From NCBI RefSeq assembly GCF_036365525.1, contig NC_090392.1, forward strand, positions 57,971,247 through 58,035,246: a stretch of DNA of 64,000 nt, in the 5' to 3' direction. A program made the position numbers and the translations under genes. The notes under the pieces were generated by a model, which saw only the letters and a list, made by a program, of their open reading frames with translations, was not told the DNA's origin and did no database searches. Source of the DNA: Heterodontus francisci. Its lineage: Eukaryota. Shown here one piece after another: positions 1-12,996 of the stretch; the stretch's first letter is position 1, and each line of letters starts with the position of its first letter.

Positions 1-384
1 ATTTAAAACTTATCTTTCCAGGGCATCTTTGACATTATTGGCTGAGAAACTGATTGGATAGTATGTGGTGCATGTTCTTACCAGGTCTTTCCTAAATGAG
101 CAATGTCTCCTCTCTACATCAGAGCACCCTTATTTGCATATTAAAATGGTCTACTCTTTGGAACAGACAGGTGCTTTGGCCGCCCAGCAATTGGCCCCAG
201 TAAAAGTGATAGTGGGCTGATCACTGGCATTAACATGATGGTAAACCTACTAGCTCCACTTTGAAGTCATTACCCCCCACGCCCCCTTTAATGATGCTCT
301 TGTTAGGAAGTTAAAATCAGTGCCAATATTGATTCCACAAAGACTATAATGCTTTCTAACATAATGGGAGTGGAGTGTTTTTAA

Positions 385-985
385 ATTCATTTTCGGGATA
401 TGGTGTCACTGGCAAGGCCAGCATTTATTGCCCATCCCGAGTTGCCCTTGAGAAGGTGATGGTTTGCTTTCCACTCAAACTGCTCCAATACATGTAGTGA
501 AGGTACTCCAACAATGTTAGGTAGGGAGATCCAGGATTTTAACCCAGCAACAATGAATGGCCAGCAATATCTGTCGAAGTCAGAATGTGATAGAGGGGAA
601 CTTGGAGGTGATAGTATTCACATGCACCTGCTGCCCTTGTCCTTTTAGGTGGTGGAGGTCACATGTTTGGGAGGTACTCCCAAAGGCACTTTGGTGAGTT
701 ACTCTTGTGCATCCTCTAGATAGTACCTACTGCAGCCAGGGTCACTAATGGTGGAAGGAGTGGATGTTCAAGTCAGTGGATGGGGTGTTGATCAAAAGGA
801 TTGCTTTGTCATAAATAATGTTGAGCTTCTTGAGTATTGTTGGGGCCGCACCAATACCCAGCCAGAAAAAAAGGGAGTAACCCATCACACTCCTGACTTG
901 TGCCTTGTATGTGGTGGAGAAGGATTGGGGAGCCAGTAAGTGAACCAGCTGGTGCAGAATACTCAACCTCTTGCCCCCTGGATGT
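385..985 (-). mobile_element. Old CR1/L2-group LINE 3' fragment
   Basis: YKAQVRSVMGYS-like RT C-terminus and 3' tail. The same family occurs at 3070-3245, 6660-8776, 11151-11600, 48975-49330 and 54130-54575. Confidence 0.65.
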
Positions 986-3329
986 TCATGGAACATAGGA
1001 GCAGGAGTAGGCCATTCAGCCCATCGAGCTTGCCCTACTATTCAATATGATCATGGCTGATCATCCACTTCATGCCTTTTTCCCACACTATCCCCATATC
1101 CCCTAATGTCATTTGCATTTAGAAATCTATCAATTTCTACTTTAAACATACTCGATGACTGAGCTTCCACAGCCCTCTGGGGTAGAGAATTCCAAAGATT
1201 CACAACCCTCTGAGTAAAGAAATTTCTCCTCATCTCTGTCCTAAGTGGCTTCCCACTTATTTTGAAATTGTGTCCCCTGGTTCTAGACTCCCCAACCAGG
1301 GGAAACATCTGAGCTGCATCTAACCTGTCTATCCCTTTAAGAATTTCATAGGTTTCAATGAGATCACCTCTCATTCTTTGGAAGTCGAGAGAATACATGC
1401 CCAATTTCCCCAATCTCTCTTCATAGGACAGTCCCGCCACTGTGAAAACAAGTCTGATGAACCTTTGTTGCACTCTTTCTATGGCAATAGTATCCTTCCT
1501 AAGGTAAGGGGACTAAAACTGCACACAGCACTCCAAGTGCGGTCTAACCAAGGTTCTATACAATTGAAGCAAGACTTCACTACTCCTATACTCAACTCCT
1601 CTTGCGATAAATGCCATTAGCCTTCCTAATTGCTTGCTGCACCTGCATGTTAGCTTCCAGTGACTTATTGACAAGGACACCCAGGTCCCTTTGTACATCT
1701 ACAGTTTCTAATCATTTACCATTTAAGAAATACTCTGCACATCTATTCCTCCTACCAAAGTGGATAACCTCACATTTATCCACATTATATTCCATCTGCC
1801 ACTCACGAAGTCTGTCCAAATCCCCTTGAAGCCGCTTTGCATCTTCCTCACAACACACATTCGCACCTAGATTTGTGTCATCGGCAAACTTGGTAATACT
1901 ATATTTGGTCCCCACATCCAAATCATTGATATATATTGTGAACAGCTGCGGCCCAAGCACTGATCCCTGTGGTACCCCACTCGTCACAGCCTTCTGAGCG
2001 AGAATGACCCGTTTATTCCTACTCTTTGCTTTCTGCCTGTTAACCAATCCTTAATCCATGCTAGTATATTACCTCCTATCCCATGTGCTTTAATTTTGCT
2101 AGCCAACCTCCTGTGGGGGATTGTATCAAAAGCCTTCTGAAAATCCAAGTATACCATGTCCACTACTCCCCTTTATCAATTCTGTTAGTAACATCCTCAA
2201 AAATCTCCAACAGGTTTGTCAAACATGATTTCCCAATCATAAATCCATGTTGACTAAGCCCAATCAGATCATTATTATCCAAGTGTCATTTATCACATCC
2301 TTTAGAATAGATTGTAGCATTTTCCCAATGACTGATGTAAGGCTAACAGGTCTGTAATTCCCTGTTTTCTCTCTCCCTCCCTTCTTAAATAGTGGGGTGA
2401 CATTTGCGACCTTCCAATCTGTAGGAACCGCTCCAGAATCTATAGAATTTTGGAAGATGATCACCAATGCCTCCATTATCTCCATAGCTATCTCTGTCAA
2501 CACTCTGGGGTGTAGAATATCAGGTCCTGCGGACTTATCAACCTTCAGCCCCATTAATTTCTCCAATACAACCTTCTTACTAATACTAATTTCTTTCAAT
2601 TCCTCATTCCCCCTAATCCTTTGGATCTCTAATTCCGGGAGATTTCTTGTATCTACCTCAGACACAAAGTAATCATTTAGCTTCTCTGCAATTTCTCTAT
2701 TCCCCATTATAAATTCTCCTGTAATGGACCCAGATTTGTCTTAGCCAAATGTTTCCTTTTTACGTACAGTTTTTATATTTTTTGCTATCTTCCATTCATA
2801 TTCTATTCTCCCTTTCTTTATAAGTTTCCTTGTCCACCTTTGCTGTATTCTGAAATCCTCCCAATCCTCAGGTTTACAACTATTTCTGGCAACTTTATAG
2901 GCCTTTTCTTTTAATCTTATACAATCCTTCCTTTGTTATCCACAGTTAACTGCCTTTACATTTGGGGTTTTTTGCCTTGAAAGTATGTATAGTTGCTGCA
3001 AACTATGTAATATTTCTTTAAAGACTATCCATTGCCTATGTACTGTCATACCTTTTAATGTATTTTCACTGTCGCTGTGTCAAAATTCTGGAACTCCCTT
3101 CCTAACAGCACTGTGGGTGTACCTACTCCACATGGACTGCAGTGGTTTGAGAAGGCAGCTCACCACCACCTTCTCAAGGGCTTAGGGTTGGGCAATAAAT
3201 GCTGGCCTAGCCATCGAAGCCCACATCCCATGAATGAATTAAAAAATATATATATAATTAGATCTAAAATAGCCTGTTCTCTAGTCAGTTCCTCAACATA
3301 CTGCTCTAGAAAATCATTTATTTTATTAT

Positions 3330-3648
3330 TTAGAGATTCAGCACTGAAACAGGCCCTTCGGCCCACCAAGTCTGTGCCGACCACAATCACCCATTTGTAC
3401 TAATCTTACATTAATCCCATATTCCTACCACATCCCCACAATTCCCCTACAACCTACCTGTACAACAGCAATTTATAATGGCCAATTTACCTATCAACCT
3501 GCAAGTGAGAGGAAATCGGAGCACCCGGCGAAAACCCATGCAGTTATAGTGAGAACTTGTAAACTCCGCACAGGCAGTACCCAGAATCGAACCCCAGTCG
3601 CTGGAGCTATGAGGCTGCAGTGCTAACCACTGTGCCACTGTGCCGCCC
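3330..3648 (-). mobile_element. HE1/V-type SINE
   Basis: Matches the 25601-25947 SINE. Confidence 0.9.
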
Positions 3649-4533
3649 TAACACACGCCTGAAACTCGTCCTCTACAGCATTAGTGCTCATTAGGTTTAC
3701 GCAGTCTATATGCAGATTGAAGTCATCCATGATTACTGTATTACCCATGCCACATGCTTCTCTAATCTCCTGATTAATGCCATGCCCCACACGACCACTA
3801 CTGTTGGGTGGTCAAAAACAACTCCTATAAATGTTTGCTGCCCCCTGCTGTTCCTTAGCTCCACCCAAACAAATTCCACATTTTGTTCTTCCGATCTGAG
3901 ATCCTCCCTTGCTAATGTACTGATCCCATCCTTTATTATCAGCGCAACACCACTTCCTTTTCCTCTTTGCCTATCCTTCTGAAATGTCGAATATCATTCA
4001 ATATTCAGTTCCCAGTCTTGGTCACCCTGTAGCCACGTTTCCGTTATGGCAATTAGATCATACCCATTTACCTCTATTTGTGTCTTTAAATCATCTACCT
4101 AGTTGTGAATGCTGTGCACATTCAGGTAGAGTCCTCTTAACCTTGTCTTCTTGACAATATTCTGCATTCTAAGCCTAGTTGATGCTCGCCTTTGTTTCAC
4201 CTGCCTTCTAATGTCACTTGCTACTTTTCTACTTTCTGTTACCAGCTTTGCTTCCTTCCAATTTGAGCTACCCCTCAGGTTCCCATCCCCCGACTGGCTA
4301 GTTTAAACCCTCCTTAACAGCACTAGTAAATCTCCCTGCGATGATATTAGTTCCGGTCCTGTTCAGGTGTAGCCCATCCATCTTGTACAGGTCCCACCTG
4401 CCCCAGAACCGGTCTCAATGCCTCAGAAATCTGATGCCCTCCCTCCTACACCAATTCTCCAGCCACGTGTTCAATCCTCCTATTCCTTTGCTCAATAGCA
4501 TGTGGCATTGGGAGTAATCCTGAGATTACTGCT

Positions 4534-5651
4534 GCTCTCACATGCGTTCAAGTCTTCAGAAGAAAGAATTGTCCTTCACACAAGATCAGATGGCAGGTTG
4601 TTCAACCTTGTCCGTCTAAGAGCAAAGACCAAAGTACGGAAAGTCCTCATCAGGGAAGTCCTCTTTGCTGACGATGCTGCATTAACATCTCACACTGAAG
4701 AGTGCCTGCAGAGTCTCATCGACAGGTTTGCGGCTGCCTGCAACAAATTTGGCCGAACGATCAGCCTCAAGAAAATGAACATCATGGGACAGGATGTCAG
4801 GAATGCTCCATCCATCAATATCGGCGACCACACTCTGGAAGTGGTTCAAGAGTTCACCTACCTAGGCTCAACTATCACCAGTAACCTGTCTCTCAATGCA
4901 GAAATCAACAAGCGGTTGAGAAAGGCTTCCACTGCTATGTCCAGACTGGCCAAGAGAGTGTGGAAAAATGGCGCACTGACACAGAACACAAAAGTCCAAG
5001 TGTATCAAGCCTATGTACTCAGTACCTTGCTCTATGGCAGCGAGGCCTGGACAACGTATGTCAGTCAAGAGCGACGTCTCAATTCATTCCATTTTCGCTG
5101 CCTCCGGAGAATCCTTGGCATCAGGTGGCAGGACCGTATCTCCAACACAGAAGTCCTCGCGGCGGCCAACATCCGCAGCATATACACCCTACTGAGCCAG
5201 CGGCGCTTGAGATGGCTTGGCCATGTGAGCCGCATGGAAGATGGCAGGATCCCCAAAGACACGTTGTACAGCGTCACTGGTATCAGATCCACCAGCCATC
5301 CATGTCTCCGCTTTAAGGATGTCTGCAAACACGATATGAAGTCCTGTGACATTGATCACAAGTCGTGGGAGTCAGTTGCCAGCGATCGCCAGAGCTGGCG
5401 GGCAGCCATAAAGGCGGGGCTAAAGTGTGGCGAGTCGAAGAGACTTAGCAGTTGGCAGGAAAAAAGACAGAAGCGCAAGGGGAGAGCCAACTGTGTAACA
5501 GCCCCGACAACCAATTTTATCTGCAACCCCTGTGGAAGAGTCTGCCACTCTAGAATTGGCCTTTATAGCCACTCCAGGCGCTGCTTCACAAACCACTGAC
5601 CACCTCCAGGCGCTTACCCATTGTCTCTCGAGACAAGGAGGCCAAAGTAGA
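4534..5651 (+). mobile_element. 5'-truncated RTE-clade LINE inserted in the CR1, ORF still open
   Basis: RSDGRLFNL..LFADDAAL..LLYGSEAW..RWLGHV and C-terminal CxxC..SRIGLYSH. Candidate TSD ACTGCT at 4528-4533 and 5652-5657. Confidence 0.9.
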
Positions 5652-7157
5652 ACTGCTTTGGAGTTCCTGTTTTTTAATTTCCTTCCTAACTCCCTAATAT
5701 CTGCTTTCAGACCTCATCCCTCTTCCTACCTATGTCATTGGTACCAATGTGGACCACGACCTCTGGCTGTTCATCCTCCCTCAGAAGGATGTCCTGCAGC
5801 CGTTCCATGACATCCTTGACCCTGGCACCAGGGAGACAACACACCATCCTGGAATCACGTTTACTGTCGCAGAAATGCCTGTCTGATCCCCTAACTATCG
5901 AATCCCCTATCACTATTGCTCTTCCATTCTTCTTCCTCCCTTTCTGTGCAGCTGAGCCACCCATTGTGCCACAGACTTTGCTCTGGCTGCACTCCCCCAA
6001 GGAACCATCGCTCTCACCATTATCCAAAACGGAAAACCGTTTCGGAAGCAAGATAGACTCAGGGGATTGCTGCACTGTCTGCCTGGCAATCACCCATTCC
6101 CTCTCTGCCTGCATGCTCCTAACCTGCGGTGTGACCCTAAACATGCTATCCATGTAGTCCTCTGCCTTGCAGATGCACAACAGTGATCCAGCCGCTGTTC
6201 GAGTTCCGAAACCAGGAGCTCAAACTTCTGCAGCCGGTGACACTTCCTGCAGATGTGTTCGTCTAGGACATGTGATGCATCCATGACTTCCCACATGCCG
6301 CAAGACGTACATTCCACTTGGCCAAGCTGACCTGCCATAAAATAACTTTAAAACCTTTTTATTACAATAAGAAGTAAAATAACTTACCAGTTACTCACCA
6401 ATCAACCTCTTCCCCTGTACCGAAGAGAAAGGCAGCTACTGGAGGCTGAGAAAACATAGAAGAAAGAAAGTAACAAAGAAAGAAAGGAGCCCTTCCCTCA
6501 TGCACCAAATTCCCACTTTACACTCTATGCACTCAAATTTATTTTCTTCTTAATTTACCGACCTCCCTCCTTACCGAACTCCTGCAATTACCAAACTCCC
6601 TTCTTAACACTCTGTGGCCTCCAGCAGCATTGAGTGCAGACAAGCAGCACTGAGAGTTCACTGAATTCATATGGTGGGGGATTCAGTGATGGTCATGCCC
6701 TTAAGTGTCCAGGGGAGATGTTTAGATTCTCTCTTGTTGGAGAAGGTCAATGTCTCACACTTGCGTGACACAGAGGTTATCAGCCCAAGGCTGGGTGTTG
6801 TCCAGATCTTCTGCATGCAGGCATTGACTGCATTATCTGAGGAAATGGAGCTGAATATCATGCAATCATCAGCGAACCTCCACCCCTCTTCTGATCTTAT
6901 GATGGAGAGTAGGTCATTGACGAAGCAGCTGAAGTTGGTTGGATCTAGGACTTTGCTCTGAGGAACTCCTTCAGTGATGTCATGGAGCTGAGGTGATTGG
7001 CCTCCAACAACTGCAACCATCTTCCTTTCTGCTTGATATGTTTCCAACCACCAGAGAGTTGTTTCCCCCCACCACCCCCATCCTTATTGACTTCACTTTT
7101 ACCAGGGCTCCTTGGTGTCACACTCAGTGACAATCTCACCACTGGAATTCAGCTCTT

Positions 7158-7961
7158 GGGCTGAATTTTCAATCAGAAGGTGTCACTGACTCCCTAAGCC
7201 TCAGTGACACAATTACATTTTCAACGGGGGTGTGGTGGCAACCCACCCGCCTCCAATTAATTGCTTGTTGAGCTTGCTAGGAGTATGGGGAGCAACAGTT
7301 AGCAATTTTCAAATGGCAAGCACGAGGAACACAGAGGGCCTGAGAGACATTTGAGCATAGCTGTCAGGAACAGAGTGGGAGCCATTGGTGCTCGTGACTG
7401 TAGAGTGTAAAAGTTGTATAAAGTGGCGATTTAAACTCAGTTGCTCATGCAGTGAGACAGATTTGCCATTGATGGAGCTGAGAGGCTTAATTTTGTTTGT
7501 AGAAAGTGTTTGGACTCTTGAGACGGACATGAGGCTGCTGACATCCGTAGCCACCTTTAGACAAGTCTGCTTGGAATGGCTCACTGCAGCTCTTCTTCCC
7601 GATGGAGGGAAGCTCTCCTAACTGCCACAGCCTCAATCAGGGCCTCGGGAGGAAACAGAAAGCTGTGGGGCCGCCCAGGGATAGCTGCCCAAACCACTCC
7701 TGGTCCTCTGCTCTCGCTGCTCATCCATTTCCAAAAGCAAGCTCAATTATGGCTGTTTACCTGTTAAATTAGCCCTCTGTGTTTAAATCCCACCTCCTGC
7801 CCAGGATGACACCCCTAAGTGGGCACTGAACTCTGCTCCGGGCCAATTAGTGGCTGATACTTTGAAAATTGTGTTGTGTCACTGATGCTGACGCAGCACG
7901 GAGTCAGGACCTGGAAATGTTCCGGGAGCCAGGTTCCCGATGGCGGAATGAAAATTTGGCC
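7158..7961. mobile_element. Harbinger-type non-autonomous element
   Basis: Imperfect TIRs GGGCTGAATTTTC ... GAAAATTTGGCC, resembling the 8777 element. Confidence 0.55.
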
Positions 7962-8776
7962 TCTCGTATCTATGTTCAGCCCAAGGCTGTAGTGAGGTCT
8001 GGAGCCGAAAGGTTCTGTAGGAACCCACGCTAAGCGTTGGTGAGCAGATTATTAATGAGTGCATGTTGCTTGATCGTACTGTTGATAGCTTTTTCCATCA
8101 CGTTGGTGGTTGGGAGTAGGCTGATGAGTCAGTAATTGGCTGAGTTGGATTTGTTCTGCTTTTTGTGAATTGGAGATGACAGGGCATTGTCGAGTAGATG
8201 CCAGTGTTGTACGAAAACAGCCTAACTAAGGGGGCGGTTAGGTCTGCAGCACCTGCCTTCAGCGCAGCAGCTGAAATATTGTCAGGGACCATAGCTTTTG
8301 CCATGTTCAGGCATTTGGCCATTTCTTGATTTCACATGGAGTGAATCAAATTGGGTGGAGAAATTGAGATGGCTGATCCACTCTGCACTTTTGGCAGAAG
8401 ATGGTTTTGAACTCTTCAACTTTGTCAACCTTGTCTTCTGCAATTGCATGCTGGGGCTCCACCATCATTGAGGATGGGGATCTTCATGGAGCCTCTTTCC
8501 TGTTTCATATACTGATGTTGTTCCTGGCATGCTCTTCTCCAGTCTTCATTGAACCAGGATTGGTGCTTTAGCTTAATGGTGATGAAGAAGGAAGAGATTT
8601 GCCAGGCCATGAGGTTACAGATTATGGCGGATTGCAATTCTGCTCTGCTCATTCCCACAGCACCTCATGGCTGCCAGTTTTGAGTTGCTAGCTATATTAT
8701 TAATCTATCCCACTTTGCATGGTGACAGTGTCACATGATACGATGGAGGGTGTCCTCAGTGTGAAGATGAAACTTA

Positions 8777-11150
8777 GGGCAGAATTTTCCCAGCCTGGTG
8801 GAGATGGGTTCCGGTGCACTCAGAGCTGGAAAATCCCAGAAATTGATATTGGGTTGCAATCCTGACGTCAATCCACTCTCTTCCACCTTTCCCCAGGATG
8901 GGATTGATGGTGAGTGGGAAGTGCCCTTGGATCTGTCACATAAGTAATTAAGAAATGGTTGAGGTAGTTAAGAAGACAATTAAGATCTGTTTTCACTCTG
9001 AATCTTGGCTTTCCCAGTCAGGGGACCTATTTCCAGGATCACTGAGGTGATTGCACACCGGGAAACTGACAAACTGGAAAGGCTTTGATCAGTTACACTG
9101 AAGTGCTTTCACTGCTTGACTGGTGATTGCCATATTCTTGAAAGTCACTTCACCTGTCTAGCACTTCCCTGCTGGCGACTTCAACATGACATATGAGCAG
9201 CCTATGTAGTTCCACATTCCACCTCTGCTGAGGGCAAAGACCAAAGGCCACACCACCAACAATAGCTCCAGCCGAAGTAAGAGCAACACCAGCTGTCACC
9301 TCCTTAACTGCATACGCCTGCATAGGGCAGATAGGATGGACACCGAGATCCAGCTGGAAGAAGCAAGACTCCCAACACAGGGTCTACGGGCAGGGGAACA
9401 GCTCTCTCAACATGTCTGAGCACCAATGCATCAGGAGGCTCAGGATCTCATCGCAAGATGCTGTTAACATCTGCAGCCTCCTGGGACAAGACCTCTTTCT
9501 CAGTGTACCAGGTAGACACACATTGCAATTGGCCAACAAGGTGCTGTCACTGTAGGGCCAACCACCACTCCCCACCCCCTGCACAACCAGATCTCTGCCT
9601 CTTGCCAAGTTGTGTGTTTTCTTGTGCAAGGAGAAAAAGCAGAGACGTGTGAGTGTTCACAATAACTTTGTGTGAAGAGGAGGAAAGGACAGCACGGGCC
9701 GGATTTTGTTCTCATTTGGATGGCGGATTTCATGGCGATGGGGGGGTGGTGGGGGGAAGTGCTGGAGAATTGGGGCAGAATCGCCCACCACTGAACCCAA
9801 TTCTCCTGGGAGCAGGATAGGCCAACGACAATCTTTCTGCCCAGAGGCCAATTAAGGGCCTCTTCTCGCTGCCACTGGGATCTTACCAGCAGCAGGGGTG
9901 GGGTGGTGGGTGGGTCCTCTACCACATGGGGATGATGCCGTATAAAATAAGGCACCCTCCCTGCGGGCTTGGGGACGTCCCTCCTTTGTGGGCAATTTGT
10001 GGCCCTCAGAGGACCACCCACCAGGAACATCTGTAACCCCTGGGACACCCTCCACCCGGACCAAACGCCCATCCCCCCACTCCCCCTCGGCAGGGATCTT
10101 CCAGACAGGCCCTGGCGACCCCGCCTCATCTACCTCTTCTCCAGGGTTCCAGTGCTGGGCCTAGGTCTGAAGCCTCTGCAGTACTGGTAGTGGCCACCAC
10201 TCCTGGCGATGCTGCTGAGCTACCGGCATTGTGATTGGCTGGAAGCTCTTGGAAGCATGATCCCCCTCCTGATACAGTCTTTCAAGGGACAGGGATCACA
10301 CCTCCTTAAACCATGACCCCAAAAGACAGGAGAATCGCTCTGGGGGTTTGAAAAAATGCAGAGGTGGGGTGTCTCCTGGCATTTTGGCCTGATGCCGGGA
10401 GCCCTGCTCCCTGCACAAAATCCAGCCCCTTTGTGGAGAGTGACTGTGGGGTATTGGTGTGAGATGGCAAAAGGCTGAGGATGAGTGTGAGTGCTGCCTT
10501 TTCGGTTGAGGATGTGAGGTGCCTGCAGTGAGAGGAATGAGTGGAGCTGCAAGGTGTGTTGTCCTGAGGAGTGCTCTCCAGGAGAATGTTGACCAAATAG
10601 ATTGTGGGGCTTGGCACCTGAAAGTGGTATCTAGCTCACATGTCATGCCCTCCTGAGGTCCTGGATTGTCTTGCTGTATTGTCTCCAGGATGGAGAGGCC
10701 ACAGTTCTGCTGCTGACTTCCTCGGTTACTTCCATCGTGGCTGCTTTTGAGAGTGGTCGTCCTCTTCCTCCCTTCCTTGGGCGAGCTCACCTCACTGCAG
10801 CCCCTCAGATCCCACTGCAGGACCTCCACATAAGAGTGAGAGACTTGTGGGAGCAGCCTTCCCAGGTGTCCTCTCCATTCCTGCAGTTGCTGTAGCAACA
10901 AAATTCGAAGTGTGGGTCAACCCTTCTAACCCATGCCAGGTTCCCTTTAATTAGAAATCCTTCCTTTGACAGAATGGGCATGTCATCCCATCCATTCTCT
11001 CTGATTGGTTGGGGAGCTCAGAGAGGTAGGAGGATAATTAGTTTGCTCTAGGAAAGGTCAACGGCAGGGCATGCCAATCAGTGAGTCAGGCTCCTGACTT
11101 GAAAATGGTCCCGCTGTTTCAGCAGGGACTAAGGTGTGAAGATTCTGCCC
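8777..11150. mobile_element. PIF/Harbinger deletion derivative with TIRs and TTA TSD
   Basis: TTA|GGGCAGAATTTTC ... GAAGATTCTGCCC|TTA. Nuclease 5' remnant on + (~9200-9560, similar to 47400-47560) and a likely Myb/SANT remnant on - (~10650-10850). Confidence 0.85.
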
Positions 11151-12021
11151 TTAGGCTTCATGAGGACTGTGTGGTGGTCACCCCAGCAAAACTGCCATGG
11201 ACAGAGGCATCTGTGACAGGTAGATTGATGAGGATGAGGTCAGGTTGGTTATTCCTTGTGGCGCCTCTCGCACCATCTGCTGCAGGCCCAGTCTGGGAGC
11301 TATGCCCTTCAGGCTTTGGTCTGTTCAGTCAGTTGTGGTACTGCTGAGCCACTCTTGGTGTTGGACCTTGATGCACCCCACAAGGAGTACATTCTGTGCC
11401 CTTGCTATCCTTATGCCTTTCATGCTTGTTTCCGCCAAGTGGTATTCAACCGGGAAGACTATTGGTTATTAGCTCATCAGCTGAGAGAGAGGGCGGTCAA
11501 CGATAATCATCAGTTAATTTCCTTGCCCATGTTTTATCTGAACCCATGAGATTTCATGGGATCGGGAGTCAACATTGAACACTCCCATAGCCATATTGCT
11601 TTTAAACAGATACTAAAAGTAACTCTTTTCTAAACCTGCTCATTGTAAATATTATCCAAAAAAACCTAAAGCGTGACAGCACCAAAGATAACAGTAAATT
11701 TGCAGCAATGTATGTAAATGTCATTGTTTCTTCTGAAACAGCTATATCGCCTCAGAAAAAAAAAATCGAAGAGCCACATTTCCTGTATGAAAGGTTGTCA
11801 CAAAAGCTGACCTAATTACATCATTTTACATGGAATTCTCTTCCCCTACCACCCCACACACCTTCCCTCCACCTCTGATGGCTTCAAAAGTACTTACGAG
11901 TTAGGTCAAGCCTGCCTGAGATATAAGTCACATCCAAAAGCAAAGGAAATCAAATATGTATCACTCATGATTGTGTAAGGCTGTTCGACATCCATAAGAT
12001 AGCAAACGCAAGAGAGGTCTG

Positions 12022-12394
12022 TTAGTTATTGTAACATCTTCCACCCAATATGGGGTAGAAATTGGACCTCATTGTCCGTATTTTACAGATATAACATGCG
12101 TGTAATGAAGGCCATTTTAAGTGACTAATGTCTGACCCTATATTGGGTGGTGAAATAAATATTGTTTTTTTATGGCAAGAGTAGGATTCACGTGGGACAT
12201 GAGTCTCTGAAAGGGGTTCAGCATAAACGAGCCTCTGGACTAAATGGTACTTTGTAAACAAACAATTAACAGCTTGTGGATGAGAATCCCAAGATGCTCA
12301 AAATTTTGATGTTATTTTGTCCTGATGGGCATCAACATCTTCTATCGTGTCACTTCCACCTGATCTCCCTTGGTTTGCAGGTTCTTTTGAATTC
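12022..12394 (-). CDS. Terminal cytoplasmic exon with in-frame TGA, followed by Tyr motifs
   Basis: Acceptor tgttttttcttattag|G at 12394 (phase 2). NSKEPANQGRSGGSDTIEDVDAHQDKITSKF, TGA (12298-12300), then the same frame stays open to 12022 through TKYHLV and LVYAEP. Confidence 0.6.
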
Positions 12395-12996
12395 CTAATA
12401 AGAAAAAACAAGGCAAATCTGTAAGGGATGATTCTATCATTCAGCTGCAGTGAAGCTCATTTAAGATCAACCTATGAAAATAAAACACGGAATGAGCAAG
12501 GTAATATAATTTATTGAATCAGCTTCTTCCACAGACATTGTACAACCTATCCTGTTGATTCCACCGAATCCATTTAATCTTTACTCCGGCAATGATGAGT
12601 TATATCAATAGACTGTAATTTGCTGCCAATATTGCTCACGAGGTAACGAGCTTTCATGTCAAAAGATGATTGGCTATGTCTTTGACATGTCCACATTTTG
12701 ATACTAAAAAGCTCCAGGACTAGATTGGCTGAAAAAGTGGCTTTATGGCAATCCAATCAAGTTATTGCCCTGTCCTGTAATTATTAAAGCCTCCCAGAGG
12801 TCTGGTAAATTTGAGGATGACATATTGCTTTTAAAACCATGATGCCCAATACGACTGCATTTGCATTATCCATGAAGCTGAGTGGCCTGTACTCTGTGGG
12901 GAAGGAAATGAATATTATTTATGGTCGTGTGTTTGGGAGGATTTTTTTTTGCAGTTTTTGTGACTTATTCTACAGTCTCCATTGATAGTGTGATTT

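Larger units (their letters stand above)
990..6420 (-). mobile_element. Near full-length decayed CR1 LINE (ORF1 Zn-finger plus SGNH esterase, ORF2 RT) with nested insertions
   Basis: ORF1: CTSCGMWEV..CRKC and VIGDSIVRG..VHIGTND. ORF2: [14 protein letters not shown] and RPHLECCVQF. 3' tail near 990. Confidence 0.92.
6660..11600 (-). mobile_element. Old LINE (RT remnants) fragmented by Harbinger-type insertions
   Basis: GVPQSKVLDP..FADD in ORF 6667..7047 and QSWFNE in 8425..8658. LINE sequence is continuous across 8776/11154. Confidence 0.65.
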
